Assembly: GCF_030684315.1 (NCBI RefSeq)
Contig: NC_081356.1
Location: forward strand, 46,382,393-46,446,392
Direction of reading: 5' to 3'
Origin: Stegostoma tigrinum
Taxonomy: Eukaryota
DNA length: 64,000 nt
Part shown: positions 37,615-50,160 of the stretch, in pieces
Layout: every line of letters starts with the position of its first letter
Position numbering within the stretch: position 1 is the stretch's first letter
Position numbers and translations under genes: made by a program
The notes under the pieces: model-generated
The model's database searches: none
The model's input: only the letters and a program-made list of their open reading frames with translations
What the model was told of the DNA's origin: nothing

Positions 37615-38216
37615 CCATTGATTCCTGGGGAATGCTGGGGGCCACTGGAGGAGGCCAAGATTGATCATCTACTTGGCACTTCTGGCTGAAGATTGCTAAG
37701 AAAGCCTTATCTTTTGCACTGATCTGCTGGCCTCTTCCATCATTAAGGATGGGGATATTTGTGGAGCTTCCTCCTCCAATGAGTTGTTTAATTGTCCACC
37801 ATCTTTCAAGACTGATGTGACAGGACTGCAGAGCTTACATTTGATCTGTTGTTTGTGGGACCACTTAGTGCTGTCTATCATTTGCTGCTTCTGCTGTTTG
37901 GTGTGAAAGTAGTCCTGTCTGGTGGCTTCACCAGTTTGATATCTCATCTTCAGTTATGCCTGGTGCTGCTTCAGGCACACCCTTGTGCATTCTCCATTAA
38001 ACCAGGGTTGATCCCCTAGCTTGATGGTAATGGTTGAGCAGGGGATATGCCAACCCATGAAGTTACAGATTGTGCTAGAGTAAATTTTTGCTGCTGTTGA
38101 TGGCCCATGGTGCTTCATATTTGCATAGTGTTGAGTCGCTAGATCTGTGCAAAGCCTGTCCCATGTAGCACAGTGATAGTGCCACACAACACAATGGAGG
38201 TTATTCTCAATGTAAA

Positions 38217-38579
38217 GGGGAGGCGATGACCTAGTGGTATTATCACTGGACTGTTAATCCAGAGACCCAGACAATGTTCTAGGGACCAGAGTTCCTATCC
38301 TGCCATGGCAGAAGGCGGCATTTGATTTCAATAAATATCTGGAATTAAGAGTCTAATACTGACCATAAATCCATTGCTGAATGTTGGGAAAAACCCATCT
38401 GGTTCACTAATGTCCTTTAGGGAAGGAAACTGCCATCCTTACCTGCTCTGGTCTACATGTGACTCCAGACCCACAGCAATGTGGTTGACTCTTAACTGCC
38501 CTCTTGGCAATTTGTGTTGGGCAATAAATGCTGCCTTGCCAGTGATGCCCTCATCCTATGAATGAATAAAGAAATAAAA
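38217..38579 (+). mobile_element. tRNA-headed SINE equal to the 5' head/body plus 3' tail of the ORF1-less LINE
   Basis: A-box TGACCTAGTGG; body CCCATCTGGTTCACTAATGTCCTTTAGGGAAGG...GTTGACTCTTAACTGCCC shared with 39320-39605 (-); tail GGGCAATAAATGCTG...ATGAATGAATAAA shared with 42860-42920 (-). Confidence 0.88.
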
Positions 38580-39609
38580 TTGCAGAACTTCATCTCCACA
38601 AGAACAATGCGGTGGTCACTCTTACCAATACTGTCATGGACAGATGCAACTGCAGCTGGTAGATTGGTAAGGGTGTTTTTTTCTCTCTTGTTTTTATCCC
38701 TCACCCATCTGCTGCAGACACATTCTAGCAGCTATGTCCTTTTGAACCTGAACAGTTCAATCAGTAGTACTGCTACTGAGACACTCTTGGTGTTGGACAA
38801 TGAAATCTCCCACCCAAAGTACATATTGTGCCCTTGCCATTGTCAGTACTTTCGCCAACTGTTGCTCAATATGGAGGATTACTGATTCAATAGCTGAGGG
38901 AGGATGGTGTATGATAATCAGCAGGACATTCCCTTGTCCAAACTTCATGGATCTAGAGTCAATGTTGAGGACTCCCAGAGCAGCTTCTTCTCAACTGAAT
39001 ACCACCATGCTGTCACCTCTGTTGGGTCTATTCTGTTGGTGAGACAGGACATATCCAGAGATAGTGTTGCTGGTGTATGTGACATTGTCTTTAAGGTAGT
39101 ATTCTATAAGTATGATTATGTCAGACTGTTGCTTAACTGGTCTGTGAGACAGCTCTCCTAATTTTGGCACTAGCCTTGGGGTATTAGTGACGAGGAATTT
39201 TCAGGCTCAACAGCGTTGTTTCTGCTGTTGTCTTTTCTGGTGCATAGGTCAATGCCAGGCGATCTGTCTGGTTTAATTTCTTTCAGACTTTGTAGGAATC
39301 GATAAAATTGAATGGCTTTCAGGGGGCAATTAAGAGTCAACCACATTGCTGTGGGTTTAGAGTCACAAGTAGGCCAGACCAGGTGAGGATGGCAGATTTC
39401 CTTCCCTGAAGGACATTAGTAAACCAGATGGGTTTTTCCTGACAATTGACATGATTTCATGGTGATTAGTCGACTTTTAATTACAGATTATTTGTATTGA
39501 ATTCAAATCCCATCATCTTCCGAAGCGGGATTTGAACCCAGGTCCCCAGAACATTTGCTGAGTTTCTGGATTAATTGTCTAGCAATAATACCAATAGCCT
39601 ATCCCTGAT

Positions 39610-41200
39610 TCTCACATCATATTTGTTCCCTTTACAAACTGTGTTTTTCCTTTAAATCTGTGCCCGCTAGCTCTTGGTCTTGTTACGCGTGAGAATAGAT
39701 TCTCCTTACCTACTCCATCATGATCAGGCATGATATTGAGAGTCCCAATCATTCCTTGAACTATTCTCATAAACAATGTGTTCAGTTCCTTTGTCCAGAT
39801 TGTTAATGTATAACGTGAATAGTTGTTCCCTGCAGAACTCCACAAGTCACTGGCTGCCATCTTTGAGAAGACTCCTTTATCCCTACTCTCTGCTTTCTGA
39901 TTGTCAGCCAGTCCTCTATCCATGATAGTGCCTTGCCCCTATCATCATGGCTCTTATCTTATTAAGTAGCCTTCAATACAGCATCTTGTAAAAGGCCTTT
40001 TGGAAATCTAAATAGATCACATCCACGGGCTCTCCTTTGTCAAACTTGCTCATTATCTCTTAAAAGAATTCTAACAGATTTGCCAGGCATGGCTACCCCT
40101 TGATTAAGCCATGCTGATTGTCCCTATTTTACATGCACTTCCATGTACTCTGTTATCTCAAATTAATAGTGGAATCAAAAATCTTGCCGATGACTGAGGT
40201 CAGGCTAACCAGTATTTTGTCTTCTGTCACCCTTCCTTCTAAAACAGGGGCATTACTTCAACGATTTTCCAGTCCTCTGGGACCCTCTCTGACTCCAGTG
40301 ATTCCTGAAGGATCGCCATCAATTTCTCAGAATCTCCACAGCTAACTCTTTTAGAGTATTGAGGGTAATCCATCCAGTCCGGGTGATTTATCCATCTTCA
40401 GACTTTATAGCTTCCTCGGTACCTTCACCTTAGTGATAGCATTTTACTCACCTCTGCCCCCGACTCTCTTGATGTTCTGGTATGCTGCTGGTGTCTTCCA
40501 TAGGGAAAACTAGTGCAATGTACCTAATTCAGATCCTTCACCATTTCTTTGTTCCCCATTACTACCTCTCCGTCCTCATTTTCCAGTGGCACAATGTCCA
40601 CTCTTGAATTTCTCTTGCCTTTAGATATCTAAAACTCTTGCAGTCTTCTTTATAACTACTACTTAGCTTACTCTCATATCTCATCTTCATCCCCACTTAT
40701 TGCTTTTGTAGGTATCCTCTGCTGGTTTTTTTTCAGGTTTTTTCTCCCCCACTAATCTTCACTGCATTGTATGCTATCTCTTTACTTTTATACTGTGCCT
40801 GACTTCCCTTGTCAGCCATGATTACCTCATCCTCCTTGTCATATGTTGCTTCTTCCTTGGGATGAATTTCTACTGGGAGTCCCGAATTGCCCCAGAAACT
40901 CCTGCAATTGCTATTCCACCGCCTTCCCTCCTGGGGTGTAGACTGAATTCTATCATATTATGGTCAGTGCTCCGTTGGGCATTTAGTTTCCTCATTTAAA
41001 TCATTAACACATATTGTGAACAGTTGGTGTCCTAGTACTGATCTCTGTGGTACCCAACCAGTCACTGCCTGCCATTCAATATTTACTCACTTATTCCTAC
41101 TGTTTGTGTTTGTTTCCTCTCTGTTGACCAGTTTTTTTTAATCCATCTCATTACACCACCCTCAGTCATATGTGCTTTAATTTTACACATTAATCTCCAG
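39610..41200 (-). mobile_element. Decayed CR1 fragments
   Basis: RT and APE-linker sequence on - strand (YLDFQKAF, QHG, NY..VSLTS), with several deletions. Confidence 0.7.
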
Positions 41201-41402
41201 AGACTTCATTTAAAGAGCCAGCCCCCTCCCCATGCCTTTGAGAATTGACACCCCCAACCTACTCTAAGCACTCATACATTTACCTAACACCCTAACATCC
41301 TACCCTCCAAAATTTAATAAACAGGGCAACTAAAAAAGACTGAAGAAGTAACCATTAGCAGATATGACATTCTTCAGAAACTCATGTAAAGATTTAAAAG
41401 TA

Positions 41403-42420
41403 CATAGAACATAGAACATAGAACATTACAGCACAGTACAGTCCCTTCGGCCGTTGATGTTGTGCCGACCCGTCATACCAATCTCAAGCCCATCTAACCT
41501 ACACTATTCCATGTACGTCCATATGCTTGTCCAATGACGACTTAAATGTACTTAAAGTTGGCGAATCTACTACCATTGCAGGCAAAGCGTTCCATTCCCT
41601 TACTACTCTCTGAGTAGAGAAACCACCTCTGACATCTGTCCTATATCTTTCACCCCTCAATTTAAAGCTATGGCCCCTCGAGCTCGCCGTCACCATCCTA
41701 GGAAAAAGGCTCTCCCTATCCACCCTATCTAACCCTCTGATTATTTTATATGTTTCAATTAAGTCACCTCTCAACCTTCTTCTCTCTAATGAAAACAGCC
41801 TCAAGTCCCTCAGCCTTTCCTCGTACGACCTTCCCTCCATACCAGGCAACATCCTAGTAAATCTCCTCTGCACCCTTTCCAAAGCTTCCACATCCTTCTT
41901 ATAATGCGGTGACCAGAACTGTACACAATACTCCAAGTGCGGCCGCACCAGAGTTTTGTACAGCTTCACCATAACCTCTTGGTTCCGGAACTCGATCCCT
42001 CTATTAATAAAAGCTAAAACAATGTATGCCTTCTTAACAGCCCTGTCAACCTGGGTGGAAACTTTCAAGGATCTGTGTACATGGACACTGAGATCTCTCT
42101 GCTCATCTACACTACTAAGAATCTTTCCATTAGCCCAGTACTTTGTCTTCCGGTTACTCCTACCAAAGTGCATCACCTCACACTTGTCTGCATTAAACTC
42201 CATTTGCCACCTCTCAGCCCAGCTCTGCAGCTTATCTATGTCTCTTTGCAACCTACAGCATCCTTCGTCACTATCCACAACTCCACCAACCTTAGTGTCG
42301 TCTGCAAATTTGCTAACCCATCCTTCTACGCCCTCATCCAGGTCATTTATAAAAATGACAAACAGCAGGGGACCCAACACCGACCCTTGCGGTACACCAC
42401 TAGTAACTGGTCTCCAGTAC
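41403..42420 (-). mobile_element. Young 5'-truncated CR1 with uninterrupted 293-aa ORF2 C-terminus and 8-bp TSD
   Basis: ORF 41499..42380; (TTCTATG)n tail; TAAAAGTA at 41395-41402 and 42421-42428; same subfamily as 1-3247. Confidence 0.95.
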
Positions 42421-42859
42421 TAAAAGTAGATTATGATTGTTTCTGCCAGAGCAAAATGAAAGCTGGAAGGACTTTGATATCTCCTGAGCTGAATTGAAAA
42501 CTGGAGTATGTGTTAAAGTGGGGGCCTTCCATCAGTTCAGGTGATTGGTTAATTTGACAATTTCAGATTGGTTAATCAAAAGTAATCAGCCCAAACAAAG
42601 AGAACTTTTCGGTTGGCCAAATTTTAGTTTAGGAAGTTGACAGGAATGACAGTAAGAAAAGGGACATTGTAACTAATTTTCTTGACACTTAAATTTTGGG
42701 TTGCACACTGAAAAGTGGGATTGTTGCTCAAAAGAAATTTTAAAAAAGCATGAGCCTTAATTTTTGTCATTTATCTTTATGTAAAGAAGAGTACAGGACA
42801 AATCCAGAAGATCTGTGTAGAAGATTACACAGGGCAGAATCAGCAGCGTATGTTCTACC

Positions 42860-43140
42860 ATTTATATTCTTCCTGGGTCTGAGGATTGATGGCTAGACCA
42901 GTATTTATTGCCTTTTTTTTGTCCTTGAGAAACTTGTGAGCTGCCTTCTGAACTACTGCAATCCACTTGTTGTAGATAGGTCCAGAATAAGATTAGGGAG
43001 GGAGTCCTGGGATTCTGACTCAGTGCCATTGAAGAAAACATTATATATTTCCAACTCAGCATGGTGAGTGGCTTAGAGGGGTTTTAGTTTTTCTCCCACC
43101 TATCTGCTGCCTTGTCCTTCAGGATCACTGTGGTAATGGA
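42860..43140 (-). mobile_element. 3' end of the ORF1-less LINE family
   Basis: ORF end (..KAAH..LK) followed by the GGCAATAAATACTGGTCTAGCC tail. Confidence 0.75.
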
Positions 43141-43984
43141 GGTCACTGTGGCAGTAGTGTTTATTGTTGTTTTTCATGTCAATGTCTGTAGGTCCCCCCA
43201 AACTACTTCTGGTGAATAAGTAACATGGACTGTTTTCTATTCAAACAATGACTTGCCTGATTACTGATGTCTTGTTCACAAGGCAACAACAATTTATGAC
43301 CTTCCCAGGGGAAGGTGATAAGCCTGAAGGGAAAGCATTTGGATGTTCCCATATTTCCACAATCCTACAGATATAGTAACACTGTCATAGAATACATGCA
43401 TGTAGTTCCATTAACAAGCCTTTCTGTTTCTAAATAGGAAGGTCTTCCATTCATTCAGAATGTAACTTGTTTCTGATCTGCAGATCTGTGCCAGGTTACC
43501 TGATAGTAGTTTTACATTGGGATTGTCATCTTTATCTGCTCTGCTCCATGCAGACCATCAGCTGGAGCACAGTGCCTTTTCTTTTATCTGCAGACGCTGA
43601 GCTCAAATACCCAATGGGACAAGCATCAACTAAGCTTCTGACTAATCAAACTAAGTGCATCTTAACACTCTGGTCCCACTGTCTCGACAGATTGAGAGAG
43701 GTCAGTCAGTGTGATCCACAGTGAGTCTGCAATTTTCATAATGTAGCTGTTAAAAGCAAATCTGCCTGGCTGAGACCTAAAGAGGTAGGAACATTGAAGA
43801 CAACTGTGGTCCAGAGGATGCAGATGAAAGCACGACTCAGCAGTCCAGGGAGGCTGACACAAATCTTTGATTAGATTTGCTGATTCTCCTTTCCCAGGAC
43901 TACCATTTCCTCCTTCTGTTTGTTGCTGGTACACACTACATTCATTCTCTTGTTCCCCTATGCTAGTATACCTATAATATTCCT

Positions 43985-44980
43985 CTAATGTGTTTCCACT
44001 TTACAAGGGTGGTAGAGAGACCAGTGAGTCTAACATCAGTGATATAGGAAAAGTATTGGAGAAAACAGTGAAGGAGAAAGCTAATCTTCATTTAGAGGGA
44101 AAAGGTTTGATCAGGGATGGTCAGCATGGCTTTGTCAGAAGGAGGGAGATCATTCCTCCTTTTCTAGGAGGAACTTTTCTAGGAGGATGAAAGAAAAGCA
44201 GTCTTATAGTTTATGTGGATTCCAGAAGGCCTTGGGCAATGTGCCACATGGGAAATAGATGAAGGTGGTAAAAGCTCATGGGATCTCAGATAACTTGGCA
44301 AGTTAGGTCAAAATTGGTTCGGTGTCAAGAGACAGAGCATTGTGGTAGAAAGCTGGTTGTACAACTGGAGCCGACTGTACCACTGATGATAACTAACCAC
44401 AACTAAGTTAGCAAGTAACACAGAGATTGGCTGGGTGGTTGACAGTGGGGTGAAAGGTGTTAGGTTATAGGAGGATATGAACATGTTGGTCTGATGGCTA
44501 GATCAATGGCAGATGGAAATAACCCTGATGAATGTAAGGTGATGTATACTGCAAGAAGGATTAAGACAACGGAGTAATCAATGAATGGCAAGACAGTAGG
44601 AAACTCAGAGGAACAGAGCGATCTGGGGTGCTTGTTCGCAGAACTTTGAAAGTAGCAGGACAGGCTATAAGGGTAATTAAGAACGTAGATATGACAATTG
44701 CCATTATGAATCATGTCATACATTATAAGTATATGTGTATATACTTGTAATGTATATATACATATAGAACCTGTATAGAACTTCAGTGAGGCCACAGCCA
44801 GAGTTCTGCAGTTCTGGTCACCACACTATAGGAAGGATCTTATTGCACTGGTGAGGGTATGAAGGAGATTCAAGGCTATGGGCCTAGTAGAAGAAAGTGG
44901 GACCAGTATAGGCAGTAGTAAACTTTAGGCGGTACAGCCTCAATGGGCCAAAGGGCCTCTTCTACTGTGTAATTCTATGA
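43985..44980 (+). mobile_element. Decayed CR1 RT to 3' end
   Basis: PLYKG...IGKVLEK...LIRDGQHGFV; QFWSPHYRKD; TGTGTAATTCTATG tail. Confidence 0.8.
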
Positions 44981-46109
44981 AGGCTACAGCTTGTGATGTG
45001 GAAGGATGCTGAATGATTTGCAGTGGCAATGTTGAGTTACTACAAGAAGAACTGCCTGGCCATTGAGAGTTATGCAGCAGACTACTGGGACTCTACATAA
45101 GTGAGTGCAGTCTAGAGATCATTAGTCACTTGGCACCAAAAGAACCATCTATTGGGAGGCTGGTAATGGAGCAAATGCTGGTACCATGAGAAAAGACAGC
45201 AGGTGCCTCCTCCACTGAGTCAGTGCCACTCTCAGGGTCCTGAACTTCAGCGATATCCATGGATAAAGCACAGGCTTACTCAGAGTCGCTTGAAACCCTA
45301 ATATCCCCACTTTCCTTCAGTTCTTGTTAGCTGGAGGAAGGATTGATGTTTTACTGTAAGATGGTTGGGATATAAAAGAAAGAAGGTCCAGCTGCAGTTA
45401 TATAGGGTTTTGCGAGAGCACAAATGATATTTTGGTCTCCTTACTTAAGGAAGTACCTACGGGTGGTACAGGATGAAACACTCGTAGCATTTCAAAGGAT
45501 TTAGACAAGCTCTTGTGATGTCAAGCGCACATATCCGAGCAGGGAAATAGTTGGAGTTTAGTTATGTGCTTGTTTTGACCAGCATAGACTTGATTGGCCG
45601 AAAGACCCTTTTCTGTGCTGTTGGTCTCCATGACACTATGGCATAACGGTAATGGAGACAATCTATAGTAGCTCTTTAGAATTACAATGTCTCATTTCCA
45701 AAAAGTCAGAGAAAGTACAGTTCTTGGGTACTTAATAGAGGTGAGGAAAACATTCCAAAATAGATGAAGTCTGCTGTGACACTTTTGAGGTTATTTGTTT
45801 GGAGCAATTGACTTCAAACATGTAAAATGCATTGAATTCCAGACATTAATGTACAGAGATTGAAGAAAATTTATATGTTGATTATTTGAAGAAAGGCTTT
45901 CACCTATGAAGAAACTTGTGGACCTGAATTTGTTGCACTGAAGGAATGAAAACTGAGAAGATTCCTTCATCTCAGGATTCTCAGCTGTTGCTGAAATCAT
46001 GAACAAATTGTCTGCTAAATTTCAGACAATTTTCTGTTTTTCCACTCCGATTCCTATCTTTTGACTTCATTCCTACATTCTGAATGGAATCGTTAGGCTT
46101 TGTTTATGG

Positions 46110-46520
46110 GATCATTGGCATTTAGATGAATCAGAGACAACCTTATTGAAAAGCATAATTTTTAGGGGTTTTTGACTGGATAGATGTAAAAAGATTGTTT
46201 CTCCTTGTTGGACAATGTAGGACCAGAGGCGAAGCTATCAGAATAAGGGTTGTCCATGTAAAACAGAGAAAATGAGAATTTCTCTCAGAGAGTAGTGAAT
46301 TTGTAGAATTCTTTCATCACCAGGACTGTTGAGTTTGAGTTGTTTAGTGTATTCAAGGCTGAGTTCAGCAGATTTTTAATCAGTAGGGGAATCAAAAGTC
46401 ATGGGGAAAAGGCAGAAAAGTGGAGTTGAATATTAGCAGATCAACCATGATCTTATTGAATGGTAGAGCAGGTTTATTGGGTCAAATGTCCTACTTCTAC
46501 TCCTATGTCTTATAGTTTTA
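46110..46520 (+). mobile_element. CR1 3' fragment
   Basis: FSQRVVNL.NS; CCTACTTCTACTCCTATGTCTTAT tail. Confidence 0.7.
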
Positions 46521-47439
46521 TAAATCGAATAAATTCCTGACTATGTCATTTGCAGATTCCACTGGCTTCCCAAAATTAATTTATCTCTCATGTCCAGTTT
46601 AAATTGTCCTTTTTTTATGGAAGATTTACTTAAAAGCAAAATTTTCCTTTAGAGACTGTGTAATAAAACTAATGAAGCAACATACTCCAGCTATTTTGTG
46701 TGGAATTTTTTTTTCAGTTACCTCAGTATGTTGTCACCCTGGATCTAAAGCTTTCATATTCCCTGTGTGACTGACAGAATCCAGACAATTAACCCAGTTA
46801 ATCTATTTCATGCTGTGTCAAAGTGCAAACACTATCCAACACTACACAGATTTGCGTCTAATAAACGCATCACTGAGCTGAGGCATCTTATGACCTGTAC
46901 AAAGGGAGGCTCTTTCTTTCTGAAAATCCAAGCCCAGTTAAGATCAGGAGCTTGTCCATATTTTACACTTCAGCAAAATTCAGCAATTTGAATGTGAACA
47001 ATGAACAATAAATGTCAGGTTGAAAATTTCTTGATCTTTTATCCAGTCTTCTAAAGCTCATGATATATTTCTCAATGCAATGACTTCTGTCTTTCAAAAA
47101 TTATCAAAGTCTACCCATGTCTCATAAACATCCAATATGCGAGCTTTCTGATAAGTTTTAGTTGCGAACCTAATTGAAGAACCAAGCCTTCCTTGGAATC
47201 TAATTACAATTCACAATACTTCTGATTACACTTTTGTTACTAAATGATGACAAGACATTTCCTCTTTGGGAGAGATGCAACCTATAATTACATGTCTGCT
47301 TCATTCTACCCTTCTTCATCATAACATTCAGATTCTGAGAGCATTTGAATTTAAACACACCTTAAAATTTAGATTTGTTTTCAGCCATTCTTGACAAATG
47401 CTACTCAGAGTGTAACATTCTGCATGAGAAAGAAACTTT

Positions 47440-47865
47440 AACCAAGAGGATAGGCTGTGGCTTTTTCTCCTAGCGCTTCAGAGGCTAAGGGGTGACCTTA
47501 TAGAGGTTTACAAAATCATGACGGGCATAGATGAGGTGAATAGTCAAGGTCTTCTCCACAGGATAGGGGAGCCCAAAACTAAACAGCATAAATTTAAGGT
47601 GAAGGGGAAAGATTTAAAAGGGGTCTAGGGGACAACTTTTTCACACTGAGGGTGGTGAAACAAGCTGCCAGAGCAAGTGGTAGAGGTGAGTACAATTACA
47701 ATGTTTAAAAGACATTTGGACATGTACATGGATAGGAAAAGTTTAGAGGGATATGGACCAAGTGCAGACAATGTTTCAAATTCATTTTAGGAAATGTGGT
47801 TAGCATGGATGAGCTGGGTCAGAGTATCTGTTTCTGTGCTGTATGTCTCTATGACTGTATGAATC
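47440..47865 (+). mobile_element. CR1/HER1 3' fragment
   Basis: RLRGDLIEVYKIM...FKRHLD.YMDRK.LEGYGP; TCTATGACTGTATG tail. Confidence 0.8.
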
Positions 47866-49829
47866 TATATCTTTAATGAGGCCTCCAGCAGAAGATGGTG
47901 ATGGTGAACGAGGATGTCGAGCAGAGGAGCTTGAGCAATTGTGCTGTGACCTTCAACAGCAAGTGACAATGATGACAGAGGGCAGCTTGAGCAATTAAAC
48001 AAAGCACTCTTGGAAGATAAGGTGTCTTTATGGAAAGGAGAACTCATGGAAAGAGCAGGCAAACACAAGATTCCTCAACCCGATGTAAGCCATATTTATT
48101 GTAAACACTGTCAATATCTCTGTTTTAAACTTAATTTCCCTGTTTGATACGCCAGCAAAATAAAAAAAATCCCTGCTTCATGATTTTTGGACTATTAATA
48201 TGATCAATTGTCATGTTATACAACTGTCGCCGTTTGTAATGGCATTCTTTGCCACCATGTTAAGCCATTTATAGCAAATGCCTTCTGATCAGAAGTCAAT
48301 CCTCAGTCAGTTCTAGATTTATTCCCAAGGAGCAACATTTTAAACATATAGCTCCTAAATCTACAAAATACCACCATTGTCAAGAACTGCCTGTTTATGC
48401 TTTCATGCTGACACAAAACAAACTTATGAGCTGCAGGTATGATCTTACGAAGTATAAACTCAAAATAGACCCATTCCTGCCATACAACATAGAATTGAAA
48501 TTTGAGGTATCCTTCTTCTTACTAACAAGTAATAATACTGAGCTAATGTTCATGTCTAAGCAACTCTTGACAAAATCAGTTAAATGCTAATGAGCCTGTG
48601 ACAATGTCTGTATTTCTTTAACTAATTAAAGTACATGTTGTAGCTTATGCAACTCTTGGTTTAAAATCCAATAGCAATGAATGTGCAAAGTTCTGTTCTA
48701 TCAAGGAGGTGGTTGGAGGGGTGATATCTGGACTCCACTGTCTGACAATAACCTCACCATTAGAAATTACTTTTAAGGACAATGGGACGAGATGTTCTCA
48801 TTATGTAAATGAGATAAGGTTTCTGAAAAGCTTAATAAGCATGTTCTGGCAAAGGAAAAAGACCCTGCATAAAAACATTTGCTCTTAAATCACACATAGA
48901 TAAAGATTTCAACTAGACTTGTATTTTCTACATGTAGACCAGTAACAGGTCTCCACTACTGCACTTAGACTGGAGAATATTAAGAGAAATCTACTGATGT
49001 AGACATAGAACAACAGCAAATCTGTCCCCCTAAACAATCATTGTTTACCTTCAGTGGTGAAAAACATCAACAGGCCTGCATCACTTGTCTTCACCTTGCA
49101 AAAGCAAGTAATAACAAAGAACTCTTGACATTGTAAACACAAATTTATACTACTTTTATTGTCACAATCATTCACTCATGTTTGTCTGTGTGACTGTGCA
49201 TTTCATTGTGTGTTAAGCAATAAATATTAACGTTTTATTAAAACTTGTAAAAACTTGTTACTTCCATGTTCCTGACAATGAAAGCATTTGTTTTAAAACA
49301 ACCTGCCTTTAGCTAAAGGGTAGATGAAAATTAAAAGGAGACCTTTGTCCATTACCTGTCCCTTCTCTATAGTAATGAACCTTGTCTCCTAGACTCCAAA
49401 AGTATTTTTTAAACAAAATGACCAGTTGGTTTTACTGATATGCACCAAACCTCATGATTCACTGGACTCTTGAAGTCCTCAAACAAATAAAGCAAATACT
49501 TCATTGGAAATGTATTTAAATTAAATTAAAATATGCAGTAATTGACCTGAATGCAAAGCAGACTATTAACTTGGCCACTGACCCTCTTTTATCTGCGTAG
49601 ACAAGGACAGTGATGTCAGCTGGCTATGCCTTCCAAAAATTCAAATCCAACATGTTGCAGCTTTTGTGGTTTTTCGCCTCCTTCTTTCACCACACAAAAA
49701 GGTAAAAATTACAAGAATCACCAATTGTTTTATCACTCACTTGAGTAAACCAATCCTACAAAGATGTGGCAAACAAAGATTAATATGTGTGAAAGAGAGT
49801 ACACATAATTCTTCCCCATCATCTAGTTA

Positions 49830-50160
49830 CTTCACTTGATGGTATTCTCACTTCTGACACATAATGTTGAGTGTTTAAGAACACCTAGAAATTTGAGTAA
49901 CTCATTGATTCACTAGAGGAGTGCTGCTACAATGGCAACTTACTGACAAAACACCAAACTTCTGGCTGGTCAATTGATATACAAAAATATAAATGACCAA
50001 ATCAGAGCCTTTGATGAGTGGGGCAATTGTTGTAGAATCTTGATCAAGAATTTTCCTTCAAGCAATACCACTGAGATCTACTGTTTTCCATTACTTTAAA
50101 ATACTTGGTCTTTGCATTTATGTATTAGTTCTATCATCTGAAGATGGTGTTTACAGGATT
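49830..50160 (+). mobile_element. Very old DeuSINE-like element
   Basis: GAGGAGTGCTGC...AATTTTCCTTCAAGCAATACCACT resembles the Deu domain (by eye). Confidence 0.3.

Larger units (their letters stand above)
35855..39605 (-). mobile_element. Near full-length ORF1-less CR1/L2-group LINE with tRNA-derived 5' head (interrupted by three SINEs)
   Basis: On - strand: pol III A/B-box head (39528-39605), SINE-like body to about 39320, then directly APE (PKLGELSHR..QQ.DI, PPSA.ESV.LH.EQ, WVGDF.V.HQE, SDH) and RT (KAMGPDNIP, AGVP.GSVLG, MFADDC). 3' tail missing. Confidence 0.85.
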
